Assembly (NCBI GenBank): GCA_963778115.1
Contig: CAVZSV010000004.1
Location: 480,001-544,000, forward strand
Reading direction: 5' to 3'
From: an uncultured delta proteobacterium
GTDB taxonomy: Bacteria; Bdellovibrionota; FAC87; UBA2466
Length of the DNA: 64,000 nt
This document shows positions 47,762-57,136 of the stretch, one piece after another. The translations under genes and the position numbers were made by a program. The stretch's first letter is position 1. Every line of letters starts with the position of its first letter. The notes below the pieces were generated by a model. It was not told the DNA's origin. It made no database searches and worked only from the letters and a program-made list of their open reading frames with translations.

Positions 47762-48562
47762 ATGGAGTTGGATCCGATGGAGACAAAAGTGCATTCTGGT
47801 TCGAATACTAAATCACTCCTACAGTTGAAGTCTGGCTGGATTGTTACGATTTTTCTACTAGTCATAATGCTAATTTGGATTATCGCTAGTTCTCAGATGG
47901 ATGCAACCACGCTCAAGGACGCATTCTTTCAGAATGGCGTCTCTTTCGGATTTTCTAAAGAAGATAGTGCTAGTCTCGCTCTTGAAATGCAACAGAGCCT
48001 CAACTCACAAGGCTACCCCGTGGGGTGGGGAACAAGTGCACTTGTGAGTTTACCTAAAGACGTTGGGATTCGTTCAAAGGAAGCGCTAGTAAAATACGCG
48101 ATTATCGCAGGACAACTGGCTTCGATATCGAAGACCCAAGGCCAAGAAGGGGAAATATCCGCAGGCCTAGCGAGAGTAATTCATGCAATGGGCGAAGACC
48201 CGAATGGAATCGATTTTATAGACCAGCTTGCGGAACAGACACGCAGAGTTTTCAACGTAACGGGAACCCCACCAGCCGACTTTCTCCAATCGACTGATAG
48301 GACCCTTTCCTATATTCCTATAGAGTTTGTACGAACGATGAAATTACGCGGAATCGTCAACCTAATGGTTGCTGAAATTGTTTCGGGTGGAGAAAGAGAA
48401 AACGCATTCATTAAGGAATATTTCCAAAACCCACAGCTCCGGGAACGACTTGATAGAATGGGTTTCAAAGGGATCTTCGGAGGCGAAAAAGGCTTCGACG
48501 CTGATAAATTCAGATCGCTCGCTAATCGGGTTCTTGTCAAAACGGACCATCGTGAGAAATAG
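47762..48562 (+). CDS. membrane-anchored helical protein, weakly tape-measure-like
   Basis: N-terminal TM; Ala/Gly-rich amphipathic helices. Confidence 0.55.
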   Translation: MELDPMETKVHSGSNTKSLLQLKSGWIVTIFLLVIMLIWIIASSQMDATTLKDAFFQNGVSFGFSKEDSASLALEMQQSLNSQGYPVGWGTSALVSLPKDVGIRSKEALVKYAIIAGQLASISKTQGQEGEISAGLARVIHAMGEDPNGIDFIDQLAEQTRRVFNVTGTPPADFLQSTDRTLSYIPIEFVRTMKLRGIVNLMVAEIVSGGERENAFIKEYFQNPQLRERLDRMGFKGIFGGEKGFDADKFRSLANRVLVKTDHREK

Positions 48563-48586
48563 AGACCAATCATCTTATTCAATGCG

Positions 48587-48808
48587 TTATTCAGTTTCGG
48601 ATGCAAATTGGTCGATTTCTCGACGTAGTTCTCGTAAGAACTGGCTCATCGCCATACGTTCCGAATTAGCCTTATAGGCGATGGTTGAGTTTCCACGTTT
48701 GTGCAAGCCTCGTGCGATTCCTACAAGGATTTCGAATACTGTATCCAATTGCCCCTCAACTCTTGCGAACTGCGCTTTCATTTCCCTTTGAATTTGTCCT
48801 TTATTCAC
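48587..48808 (-). CDS. small hypothetical protein
   Basis: AGGAG RBS before GTG (MNKGQIQREMK). Confidence 0.55.
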   Translation of the reverse strand: MNKGQIQREMKAQFARVEGQLDTVFEILVGIARGLHKRGNSTIAYKANSERMAMSQFLRELRREIDQFASETE

Positions 48809-48827
48809 GATGGTGTCTCTCCTTGAA

Positions 48828-49181
48828 TTAGCTAGGCCCAGGAATAGTCGGTCCAGGCGGATAGTCGTATTCAACGAATGTATCTGGGGAGGAATCACTC
48901 ACGTTCCAAATTATCTTAACCGTCGCTGGGGGAGCTTCCTGCTTAACCGCTTCCTGCTCGACGAAGGGTCTTCTTTTCGGAAAGAGGTAAGCCATAAGCT
49001 CAATCAATATGTCGGCTTGCTTTTCCTTTGAAAGGTCGGGAAGAAGCTGAATTAGTCGACTTGGTACGTTAAAACTAAGCTCCTCCAGTGCCTGACTTAG
49101 AAGTTCAGATTTATGGTTTGGAGAACCTTTACGCCTTCCACTTCCTAGTGGCTTCCTCTGGCCAAGCTGAAACTTACCCAT
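48828..49181 (-). CDS. phage small-terminase-like / DUF5681-like protein
   Basis: MGKFQLGQRKPLGSGRRKGSPN and LMAYLFPK motifs. Confidence 0.5.
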   Translation of the reverse strand: MGKFQLGQRKPLGSGRRKGSPNHKSELLSQALEELSFNVPSRLIQLLPDLSKEKQADILIELMAYLFPKRRPFVEQEAVKQEAPPATVKIIWNVSDSSPDTFVEYDYPPGPTIPGPS

Positions 49182-49300
49182 ACCGCTATCTTGCACTACT
49201 TTAGTGGACGCTTCTATGGAAACCTGGCCTGCCAAGGTCCAATTGCAGAAAATAAGATTTCTTGAGTGAAGACTTCTTGGGTGAAGTCCGATTAGAGTGA

Positions 49301-49699
49301 ATGGCAAAACAAAAGAAGAATCAGAATCGTTTACGGCGCAGCGTTTCACGCAGCTTGAAGGACTGTGGTTTTACGGTGACGGAGCGAAAAAAACTGCCCG
49401 GTGCGACAAAAACGGCAGGCGTTGACGTAATTGCGAAACGTAACAAGAGCTTTTATTTAGTTGCACGTTTTCAAGAACGAGCCGGTACTGCCGAACAAAA
49501 AATCCCATATTTGTTTCTGCGTCTTGAGGAATTACTGGCGCGAGATAGGAAAATCAGACGAGCCTTCGTCGTTTTGGGAGGAGGTGGATGGACACTCCTT
49601 TCCTACTTTAGAGGAGTGTTGCGACGGCTTCACTCAAATCGTAAGATTGTTCTCGTAAAGCAAGCGGACTTATCGAAGTATCTCAAGAAAGCGGCATAG
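49301..49699 (+). CDS. PD-(D/E)xK-fold protein, degenerate
   Basis: VDVIA...LVARFQERAGTAEQKIPY. Confidence 0.6.
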   Translation: MAKQKKNQNRLRRSVSRSLKDCGFTVTERKKLPGATKTAGVDVIAKRNKSFYLVARFQERAGTAEQKIPYLFLRLEELLARDRKIRRAFVVLGGGGWTLLSYFRGVLRRLHSNRKIVLVKQADLSKYLKKAA

Positions 49700-49762
49700 G
49701 CAGACCCGCTTCGATTTTTGGAGTAATCGCGCCACCAAGCTGATCCATCGCCGAGAAATGAC

Positions 49763-51424
49763 ATGATCTTGAATGTCCCCCCTCCTCTATCCTTTCTTGA
49801 GGCACTCCTGGCACAGACCCAATCAATGGGTCATAAGAGTTGTGACGTACGATTCGCCGTGATCCATTCAGTCCTTCAAGGAAGTCAACACTCGTACCGG
49901 TTGATTGCCTTTTTCGGGTGTTTAACAAAGGATGAGCCTTTAACCCCGTCTATTTCGCCGCTTGGTTCGTGTAAACTTAAAGACAATCGCTCTGCAAAAC
50001 TATTTCGAGCATCATTTAGTCTTTCAGACCTAAGAACGCTTGCGCATTCCATTTCGACCAGCACGCTTCAACTTCCGCAAGCCCCAGCCGCACATTGTCT
50101 CATTGAGCACAATTTCGATCTAAAAGACATAAAGCCACTAAGCTTTATCGCGGCCGATAACCGCAATAGCGGGAGGCTTACGTTCCTTCCGTACCCGGGT
50201 TCAAGCCTCCATATGTTTGAGATATTTGACCTTAACAAGGAGGTATTAAAAGGACTAGATTCCGACGATCTAACTAGAATCGACAAACTATTTCGTGCGC
50301 ACACAGATTTCTCTCCCTTATGGAATACATCGACAATCGGCAATCTATTAATTGTGGCTAACCTGGAACCCATTAAGATTGAATTCACCGGAGATAAGAA
50401 TGGCGAAGGCATCCGGATAATGTTAGTTCCTGAAAACCCGAAGTATGACCCTAAGGATTACGTGCTTACCATCACTTCTGAAGCATCCGACGAGGTGAAT
50501 GGCAGCTCTGTTATTTTCCCAATTCCTCATAGTATTCACTTGCCCAACATTTCCAAAAGAGCAACGATCGATGCACGGCTTTGGCAAATCAGTACCGCAA
50601 AGTTAGTTTCTAGAAATCACGGAGCAGTATTTAACAATGTGTCGATATCAATTTCAACTTTTGAAAAACTCCGAACGGGTTACATCCGAGACAAACACGG
50701 AAAGGTACTTCGTGATGGTCCGGTTAGATCGCCTGTTCCTCTCCACCACTCCGGAATCAACAAAATAAGTTGGTCAGAACACATTCAAAGAGAACTTCTC
50801 GACGCACAGAAAAGAAATTTAATCGCTACAAAGAAACTTATTCCCTATCGGGAGGGAATGCACTTAAAAGCCCTAAATGATGTTGTGGATCTGATTAACT
50901 CAGCGCCCAGCATAGGTCCCGTCAAGATCTGGGATCCCTATTTAGACGATTACTATCTAGACTTTTTAACTTTCATGACGAGTACCAGAGAAGTACGTAT
51001 TCTAAGTGCCCTCCGCTCCCCTTCTAAAGACGACCGACAAAAGCTTAAACGTTTCAGCAAAGCATTTGAGAGTTGTCTAAATGACTACAGTAAACGTTTA
51101 CCGAAACCGCTTCGCGTGAGATGGGAGGAATACCAAAAACGGAAGTCCGACGAACGTTTCCAAAATAAACAGAAAAGATGGACACAATATCTAAATGAAT
51201 TAAGAGCCAATAAACTCAATATATTCTTTCGCTATAACGCTAGAGGTAAGGGTTTTAAATTCCATGATAGATTTCTTATCGCAGGAGGACGATGCTGGTC
51301 ACTTGGCACCTCATTGAACCATATCGGCAATAGTCACAGTTTAATAATCGAACTTCAATACCCAGAACTGGTCGAAAACGAATTTGATGCCCTCTGGAAA
51401 GAAGTAGAAGGAAACGACTTGTGA
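49763..51424 (+). CDS. large protein with C-terminal HDR-type PLD-like nuclease domain
   Basis: IWDPYL; FHDRFLI...WSLGTSLNHIG. Confidence 0.75.
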   Translation: MILNVPPPLSFLEALLAQTQSMGHKSCDVRFAVIHSVLQGSQHSYRLIAFFGCLTKDEPLTPSISPLGSCKLKDNRSAKLFRASFSLSDLRTLAHSISTSTLQLPQAPAAHCLIEHNFDLKDIKPLSFIAADNRNSGRLTFLPYPGSSLHMFEIFDLNKEVLKGLDSDDLTRIDKLFRAHTDFSPLWNTSTIGNLLIVANLEPIKIEFTGDKNGEGIRIMLVPENPKYDPKDYVLTITSEASDEVNGSSVIFPIPHSIHLPNISKRATIDARLWQISTAKLVSRNHGAVFNNVSISISTFEKLRTGYIRDKHGKVLRDGPVRSPVPLHHSGINKISWSEHIQRELLDAQKRNLIATKKLIPYREGMHLKALNDVVDLINSAPSIGPVKIWDPYLDDYYLDFLTFMTSTREVRILSALRSPSKDDRQKLKRFSKAFESCLNDYSKRLPKPLRVRWEEYQKRKSDERFQNKQKRWTQYLNELRANKLNIFFRYNARGKGFKFHDRFLIAGGRCWSLGTSLNHIGNSHSLIIELQYPELVENEFDALWKEVEGNDL

Positions 51425-53217
51425 AAAAGATAGGGATGAAAAAGCACGAAGAACGCATCCTTTCTAAAGTAGGAATGTTATTCAAGAACGTCCCGTCGAT
51501 TTTACGTAACCAAATCGGGGGACTTCTGATTCAAGAACCGCTACTTAAATCTACTAATTTGCCTAAGGAGCTGAGACAGGGCCTAGAAAAATACGATCTT
51601 ATAGAGGCATACCAGAGCAAAACTAACGAAATCCCCAACACCTCGATCCCTGCCAACGTAGCAGCGGCACAAAAATTCATAGATCTTTGCAAGGTAGAGA
51701 TGTCCTTGGATTCATCGCCATTGCATGAAGTTGCTCAATTTTACATGGTGAGCGGGAAAGCGTCGTTAGAATCCTGGCTAACTTCGATCGAAGAAAAATT
51801 GAAACTCGAACCGTTAGAATCGATCGTATCCAGTACCCACGATTTTATTGGGCCACATAACGTTAAGTTCGAATCTGAGGCCATTCAAAAAGGGCGTGAT
51901 CTCATCTCGCAAGGACGAGATCTCGAATCCTATTCTAAAAGTTTCGGCTACATTTCGGCGCAGCCCTCCGGTCCGGGATGGGAAATGTTAACAATCCTTG
52001 CAAGGTATAGACCTTCTGCATTGTCGTCTTTCCTCTCTAGGATCCACGATCCCATCGCCCGTATATATCTAAAGCTGAACATAGAAAACAATAAGTGGCC
52101 TTATCATCTTGGAATCGAATTGATTCGTTCAATGAAGAGGCCAGCCATTTGCATGGGACTGGAGATCTGCCTCAATAGGCTGGAACGGATTTCATTTCTA
52201 TACGCTAAATCTACACCAAATTCCCTAAACAAGAGGCACCAAATAAACGCTCGAAGAGCGGCGACTTTAACAGGTCTATATTCAAATTTGTGGTCGGAAA
52301 TCGAACGAAGTAAATTAGTTACAGAAGGGATAGACCTATTAAGGGTAGCCCGCAATTTCAAAGTTCAGCTTCATCACTCTAATCCGACTTTCAATAACGA
52401 CATCATAGGCATTTCCTTGTCCGAATTCTTTAATCTAGGCGGCCGGTTGATCTCCAAAGACAATTCGTTGCTGCGATCCCTATTCACATTGCCAGAACAT
52501 CATGGAGTAACCTTTGAACTTTCCATTCGTTGGCTAGGTACTTTCGCACTCAGCAAAAGTTCTAGTAAGCACTCGGACAAAGAGATCGGCGACCTACTCA
52601 AAGAATTGATGGATCTCTTTTTCTCAGAACTTCAAAAACCGGAAAATCAATTTCGTTTCCTATTAAACAACCAACAATCTCTGAACACTATAAATGCTTG
52701 GGTAGATCTCTTTAGAGGCGGAGTGTCGTTCTTCGACCAAGACACAATCACACAAAAATTCGAGTTTATATTTAAGCGGCTTAAACAGCAGCTTGTTAAC
52801 CGTTGGCACGCCTCAAGCATTCCTTATGGGACGGAGGATGCTTTGACCTATGCGTGCGTTGTTTACCTTTATTCAAGCACCTTAACCTCTCAGTACCAAG
52901 CTTCAACGATTCATCACGTACTTCATGTATTAGAAGGAATACGTCCCAAGCAATCTTCGGCGAGAGGAAGTTGGCAGGCTATTCTCAATACCCTTGAGGG
53001 ACATCTCGAAGATCCCAAGGTTGTATCATTTACCGAAAACTCATTCCTCCGCGATGGAATCTCGCCCGATTTTCTTGCGGTAATACCACTAGTATTCTTT
53101 GTTCAAAACCCATCCTGGAAAAAGCGGGCGACGGAACTTGTTTCGAACTACGCAAACTATTTTTCAGAATTAATCGACCAATTCAAAGAGCAACTTAAGG
53201 AGAGAGGCCTCACTTAA
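51421..53217 (+). CDS. large helical hypothetical protein, coupled to the PLD-like gene
   Basis: 598-aa ORF; GTGA overlap. Confidence 0.7.
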   Translation: MKKIGMKKHEERILSKVGMLFKNVPSILRNQIGGLLIQEPLLKSTNLPKELRQGLEKYDLIEAYQSKTNEIPNTSIPANVAAAQKFIDLCKVEMSLDSSPLHEVAQFYMVSGKASLESWLTSIEEKLKLEPLESIVSSTHDFIGPHNVKFESEAIQKGRDLISQGRDLESYSKSFGYISAQPSGPGWEMLTILARYRPSALSSFLSRIHDPIARIYLKLNIENNKWPYHLGIELIRSMKRPAICMGLEICLNRLERISFLYAKSTPNSLNKRHQINARRAATLTGLYSNLWSEIERSKLVTEGIDLLRVARNFKVQLHHSNPTFNNDIIGISLSEFFNLGGRLISKDNSLLRSLFTLPEHHGVTFELSIRWLGTFALSKSSSKHSDKEIGDLLKELMDLFFSELQKPENQFRFLLNNQQSLNTINAWVDLFRGGVSFFDQDTITQKFEFIFKRLKQQLVNRWHASSIPYGTEDALTYACVVYLYSSTLTSQYQASTIHHVLHVLEGIRPKQSSARGSWQAILNTLEGHLEDPKVVSFTENSFLRDGISPDFLAVIPLVFFVQNPSWKKRATELVSNYANYFSELIDQFKEQLKERGLT

Positions 53218-53236
53218 GAAGCGTCTTTTTTACACA

Positions 53237-55048
53237 CTACCCATCGCTATCCAAATTAAATTCAGCCACCGCATCTTTCCCCATCATGTAACTAACACTG
53301 TATTCTAGCGCTCGATTAAACGCGTCGCGCAGTTCTGGAACGAAACCTTTCTTATCCCTTGCGGATAGGCGCTTGAACCATTGTTTAAATGACGGCATCA
53401 GACCGTCGACCCTTGCAAGCTCTCCGAAATTTGGTTGATTGAAATACTTAGTCAGAGATTCAAATAGGCCCTCGTTTTCACGGATAGCGACGAAAGATGA
53501 AAGTTCCTCGGCATCTATGATGTGCCAACCTTGAAACCGATGCCGATTTTCACAGTACCATTGCCATTCCTCCGGCTCTAGCTCCTCCTCACAATTCTTC
53601 TCAATACTTTCTCTAAAAGGGTTACCTCGAAAGACGGCTGGCATCAGCGAAGACACACCAAGTAAAATAAACTTATTGCACCCGAGGATCCTCTCACTAG
53701 TCTTGCGGTTCTCGGGGTTTAAACGACTTTCCCCGTGCGCTTTTTCTAATCGATATATAAATCGGATACTCTTCCAAATGGATTCCCCGAGCCCCTTTGC
53801 TACATCTCTTTCAAAGCTATCCAGGTCGAAGCCAAAAAAGGAACCGGGAGAGAGCCTTTTCAATTTTACGCCAATCAAAACAGCAGCGTCGTTTTCAAAA
53901 ACCACTAAGTCCGACCCCAAATCCTTTTTGGCGTCTCCAACAAAAGGCTCATATTCGTACGAGATATTCTCCGGCAGGGCGATTTTGCCGATTAGAAAAC
54001 GAATCAGGCGTTCAAGACGTTTTCCCATCCAATCATTGAACTGATTCGTATGCGGAGAAGAAGACCCGCGAGCAGAGGCATCCTTTCGCGCTAGTTCCAA
54101 TGCCTCGAAGAGGGGACCGCTTCCAACGTGCATTCTCAAGAAGGGGTGAAGGGGGTATAAGTACCAATCTTTGGCAATTCGAACAAATGGCTTCCTAGAA
54201 TAAAATCCCAGGATCAAACCCTCCGCCTCATAAGAGGCAAAATGTTTCTCTAAGATCTGTCCCGTCTCTTCTATCGCGGAACTTTTATTTTCCAGGATAC
54301 GCTCAAAGACTTTTATCAATTTATCTTTATCTGGTGAATTCCGGAAAACTCTCTCCGGAACGCATGTAGGTTCTTTTAGCGACATGGTCCATGCACCAAA
54401 TAGGAGGCTGAAGTAGTCTCTAGTCGTTACACCATATTCTTCCGCAAAAAGAGGATCAAAGATCGAGGAACGAGAAGGAAGAATCGGCTGAAAATCGTCT
54501 AGATCAAGTAAATAGGCAACAATGGCAATTTGATGAACCAGACTTGCCGTCATTACGGATTCTGCGGCCAACATACGCAATGCCATAAGGCGCGCTTCCC
54601 GCTGCTTTTCATCAGCCGTACGCGCCGCCAACATTTTAGAAGATTCCAAACCATAACTAAGCTTTACGATCGGTTCCAATTCCGCGAGAGGGATTGGTAA
54701 GAAATTGCTCTCGATTGGTATAGGTGCGCGGACGTTGGCCAGTGCACCGAGGATTATGCCTCCCAAATGCAAAGTGGTGTAGGTCTCTTTCTTGCTAATC
54801 CCGCTCATAGGATCAATGTCTTCTTCCCCTATGCGAGTAAGATCGATGGCCAGTCGGGCCTGATCGTATCCCGTAGCGGCTATCTTCTCCGCCAGTGTCT
54901 GAAAGGACATTTGATCAACATTTGAGGTTAACTTCACTCTCGTTCGAGTATTTCTCGCAGATGTTTTGGGTGGAGTTTTATCCAAACAACACTTCTTATA
55001 TTTTCTTCCGCTGCCACAGAAGCAAGGGGCATTCCGGCGATACTTCAT
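53237..55048 (-). CDS. SEC-C zinc-motif protein with C-terminal PD-(D/E)xK/NERD-like domain
   Basis: RNAPCFCGSGRKYKKCC; GKRLE...SDLVVFE...IGVK. Confidence 0.72.
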   Translation of the reverse strand: MKYRRNAPCFCGSGRKYKKCCLDKTPPKTSARNTRTRVKLTSNVDQMSFQTLAEKIAATGYDQARLAIDLTRIGEEDIDPMSGISKKETYTTLHLGGIILGALANVRAPIPIESNFLPIPLAELEPIVKLSYGLESSKMLAARTADEKQREARLMALRMLAAESVMTASLVHQIAIVAYLLDLDDFQPILPSRSSIFDPLFAEEYGVTTRDYFSLLFGAWTMSLKEPTCVPERVFRNSPDKDKLIKVFERILENKSSAIEETGQILEKHFASYEAEGLILGFYSRKPFVRIAKDWYLYPLHPFLRMHVGSGPLFEALELARKDASARGSSSPHTNQFNDWMGKRLERLIRFLIGKIALPENISYEYEPFVGDAKKDLGSDLVVFENDAAVLIGVKLKRLSPGSFFGFDLDSFERDVAKGLGESIWKSIRFIYRLEKAHGESRLNPENRKTSERILGCNKFILLGVSSLMPAVFRGNPFRESIEKNCEEELEPEEWQWYCENRHRFQGWHIIDAEELSSFVAIRENEGLFESLTKYFNQPNFGELARVDGLMPSFKQWFKRLSARDKKGFVPELRDAFNRALEYSVSYMMGKDAVAEFNLDSDG

Positions 55049-55070
55049 TTGGACTTAAGGTGGACTTACG
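55048..55070 (+). repeat. putative integrase arm-type site (right)
   Basis: identical to 40773-40795. Confidence 0.75.
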
Positions 55071-55115
55071 AAGTTTTTCTCGTTTTACTTTCCCTCAGCA
55101 ACCCATTGAAATTAC

Positions 55116-55182
<67 letters not shown>

Positions 55183-55192
<10 letters not shown>

Positions 55193-55896
55193 GAAGTTGC
55201 TACGGGCTTTGTTAGTGTCAGCCCAGGAACACTCGATCGTCCGAATGCGTTTTCCGCTTCCGCTTTAAGAGATTTCAACTGCCCTTCCATTTTCAATCGA
55301 AGCGTCTCAAGATCGCTATCGGTGGCACTTGCCGGAACTTGGAAAGGCGTTCCGTAAACGATTACACATCGGGTGAACGGTAAAGGAAGGTAACATTGAT
55401 TCCATGCCTTTTTAAAGATGAATCTTCGACGAGCGGAAGCCGCGCCCGGAACGAGGATTCGGCCAGTCTGTTGAGCCAATTTTAAAATTCCGGGCTTTAC
55501 CTGGTAGATGGGGCCTCTGGGGCCGTCGACCGCAAGGGAAGCATTAAAGCCGCCCGCATTGACAGCATCGATAAGGCCTTTAAGCCCGCCCGCTCCCCCC
55601 CGAGAGCTCGAACCCCTCACGACATGAAACCCCAGCCACTGTAAGAGTCGCTTCATCCGCTCGCCATCGCGGCTTCGGCTCACCATGACAGCCATGCCGG
55701 CAAAGGCAAAAGAGCCCAGCAAAAGAAGTTCATCGCCATGCCAGTGCGCATAGACGTGAGGCTCTGCGTCAAGGGATTTAGGTCTGTTGCGGTGCTCAAC
55801 GTGCCATAAGCGGCTGTAAATCCAGTAAAACCCGGCGAGGCAGGCGATGAGTATGGAATCGGTTAGACGCCTGAACATCGATTCAACCGGTAGCAA
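55183..55896 (-). CDS. lysophospholipid acyltransferase family (DUF374) protein
   Basis: [28 protein letters not shown]. Confidence 0.88.
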
Positions 55897-55920
55897 AGTT
55901 CATCCGATGAGTAAAGCAAC

Positions 55921-57027
55921 ATGAAAGCTAATGCCAAAAAGCAGTCCGGGAACAAAAGCAAACGAACTTCGATGAAATCCTTCGATACCGAGAAGGGCTT
56001 GAGGTCTTTTAGTGACGCCACCAGTCAGGAGTTGGCCACGGTACTCGCCGCCATCGTCGGAGAGCTCGATTTTGCCCTGACCACCGAAAGCGTTCCCGCC
56101 AAAGAAAGAGCTACTTTCGTAGCCGTAACTGCCGCCGAACGCGCTTTAGCCCTTGCCCGAAATTTGCGTTACTTCTCGGTACACTCTCGCATGAATGTTC
56201 AAGTCGTCGACCTATCCCAGGTCCTGTTGGATACGGTGGAACTCGTCGAACGCGAGCTCGAACACGCCAAGATCAAAATTACAGTCCTTGCCGAAGCGTC
56301 GTCTTACGTCCAAGCGGATTCCGGCGCGCTTCAACAAACCCTTTTGAATTTGTTATCGCACGCGAAAGATGGACTCCCTAAAGGAGGACAGATAACCTTA
56401 TCTTTGCGTCAGTCCGGAAAGCAGATCGAAATCCGGTGTGCTGACAACGGCCCTGGAATTCCAGAATCAGAGATGGACTATCTTTTTGAATCACCCTCTG
56501 GAGTGCGCACTCCCAATGCCGAGGGAGTTGCGCTTTCGGCCACCATCTCCCGATTAGGATTACGCGTCGCTAGAGCGCTTATCGAAACCCAAGGCGGAGA
56601 GCTCACCGTACAATCGCGCGAAGGCTTTGGAACCTCAGTGACGTTGCATCTACCGTTTGACGCCAAACTTCCCAAACCAACTCCGTTCCACGAAGAGCGT
56701 CGCTACCGCCGGATTCCCATTCAACTTCCGGCCAATCTGTTTTTGAGTAAAGGGCAGTCGACTATCAAATGCGAATTGGGAACCCTAAGCTTTGGCGGCT
56801 GCTATCTCTTATTGAGCGGCCCCCAAAATGAAGTGTTGCCCGAACTCAATGATATCGTCTCCCTTAAAATCCACTACTTCGGTGAGGAAGCGCTTGAGAT
56901 CTTTAAAGCCCGAATCGCTAGCGTCTCCTGGGCCGGGAATCGGTCGGGAATCGGAATCGAATTTCTCGAGCTCGATGGACGCGCTAAGAAACTCTTGGAA
57001 GCCATTCTTAAAAGTCACAGTAGCTAA
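55921..57027 (+). CDS. histidine-kinase-like protein lacking the phospho-His, with C-terminal PilZ domain
   Basis: SQELATVL in place of the H-box; DNGPGI; ERRYRR and TLSFGGC PilZ-like motifs. Confidence 0.75.
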   Translation: MKANAKKQSGNKSKRTSMKSFDTEKGLRSFSDATSQELATVLAAIVGELDFALTTESVPAKERATFVAVTAAERALALARNLRYFSVHSRMNVQVVDLSQVLLDTVELVERELEHAKIKITVLAEASSYVQADSGALQQTLLNLLSHAKDGLPKGGQITLSLRQSGKQIEIRCADNGPGIPESEMDYLFESPSGVRTPNAEGVALSATISRLGLRVARALIETQGGELTVQSREGFGTSVTLHLPFDAKLPKPTPFHEERRYRRIPIQLPANLFLSKGQSTIKCELGTLSFGGCYLLLSGPQNEVLPELNDIVSLKIHYFGEEALEIFKARIASVSWAGNRSGIGIEFLELDGRAKKLLEAILKSHSS

Positions 57028-57136
57028 GTATTTATATTTACTTCGTATTTTAAGTAGTAGCCGCGTCAGTCTCTCGTCCCACGCAAATTCACTTTACGGC
57101 GGGAAGCGACTAAGCAATGCTGATTTTTCACACTAG

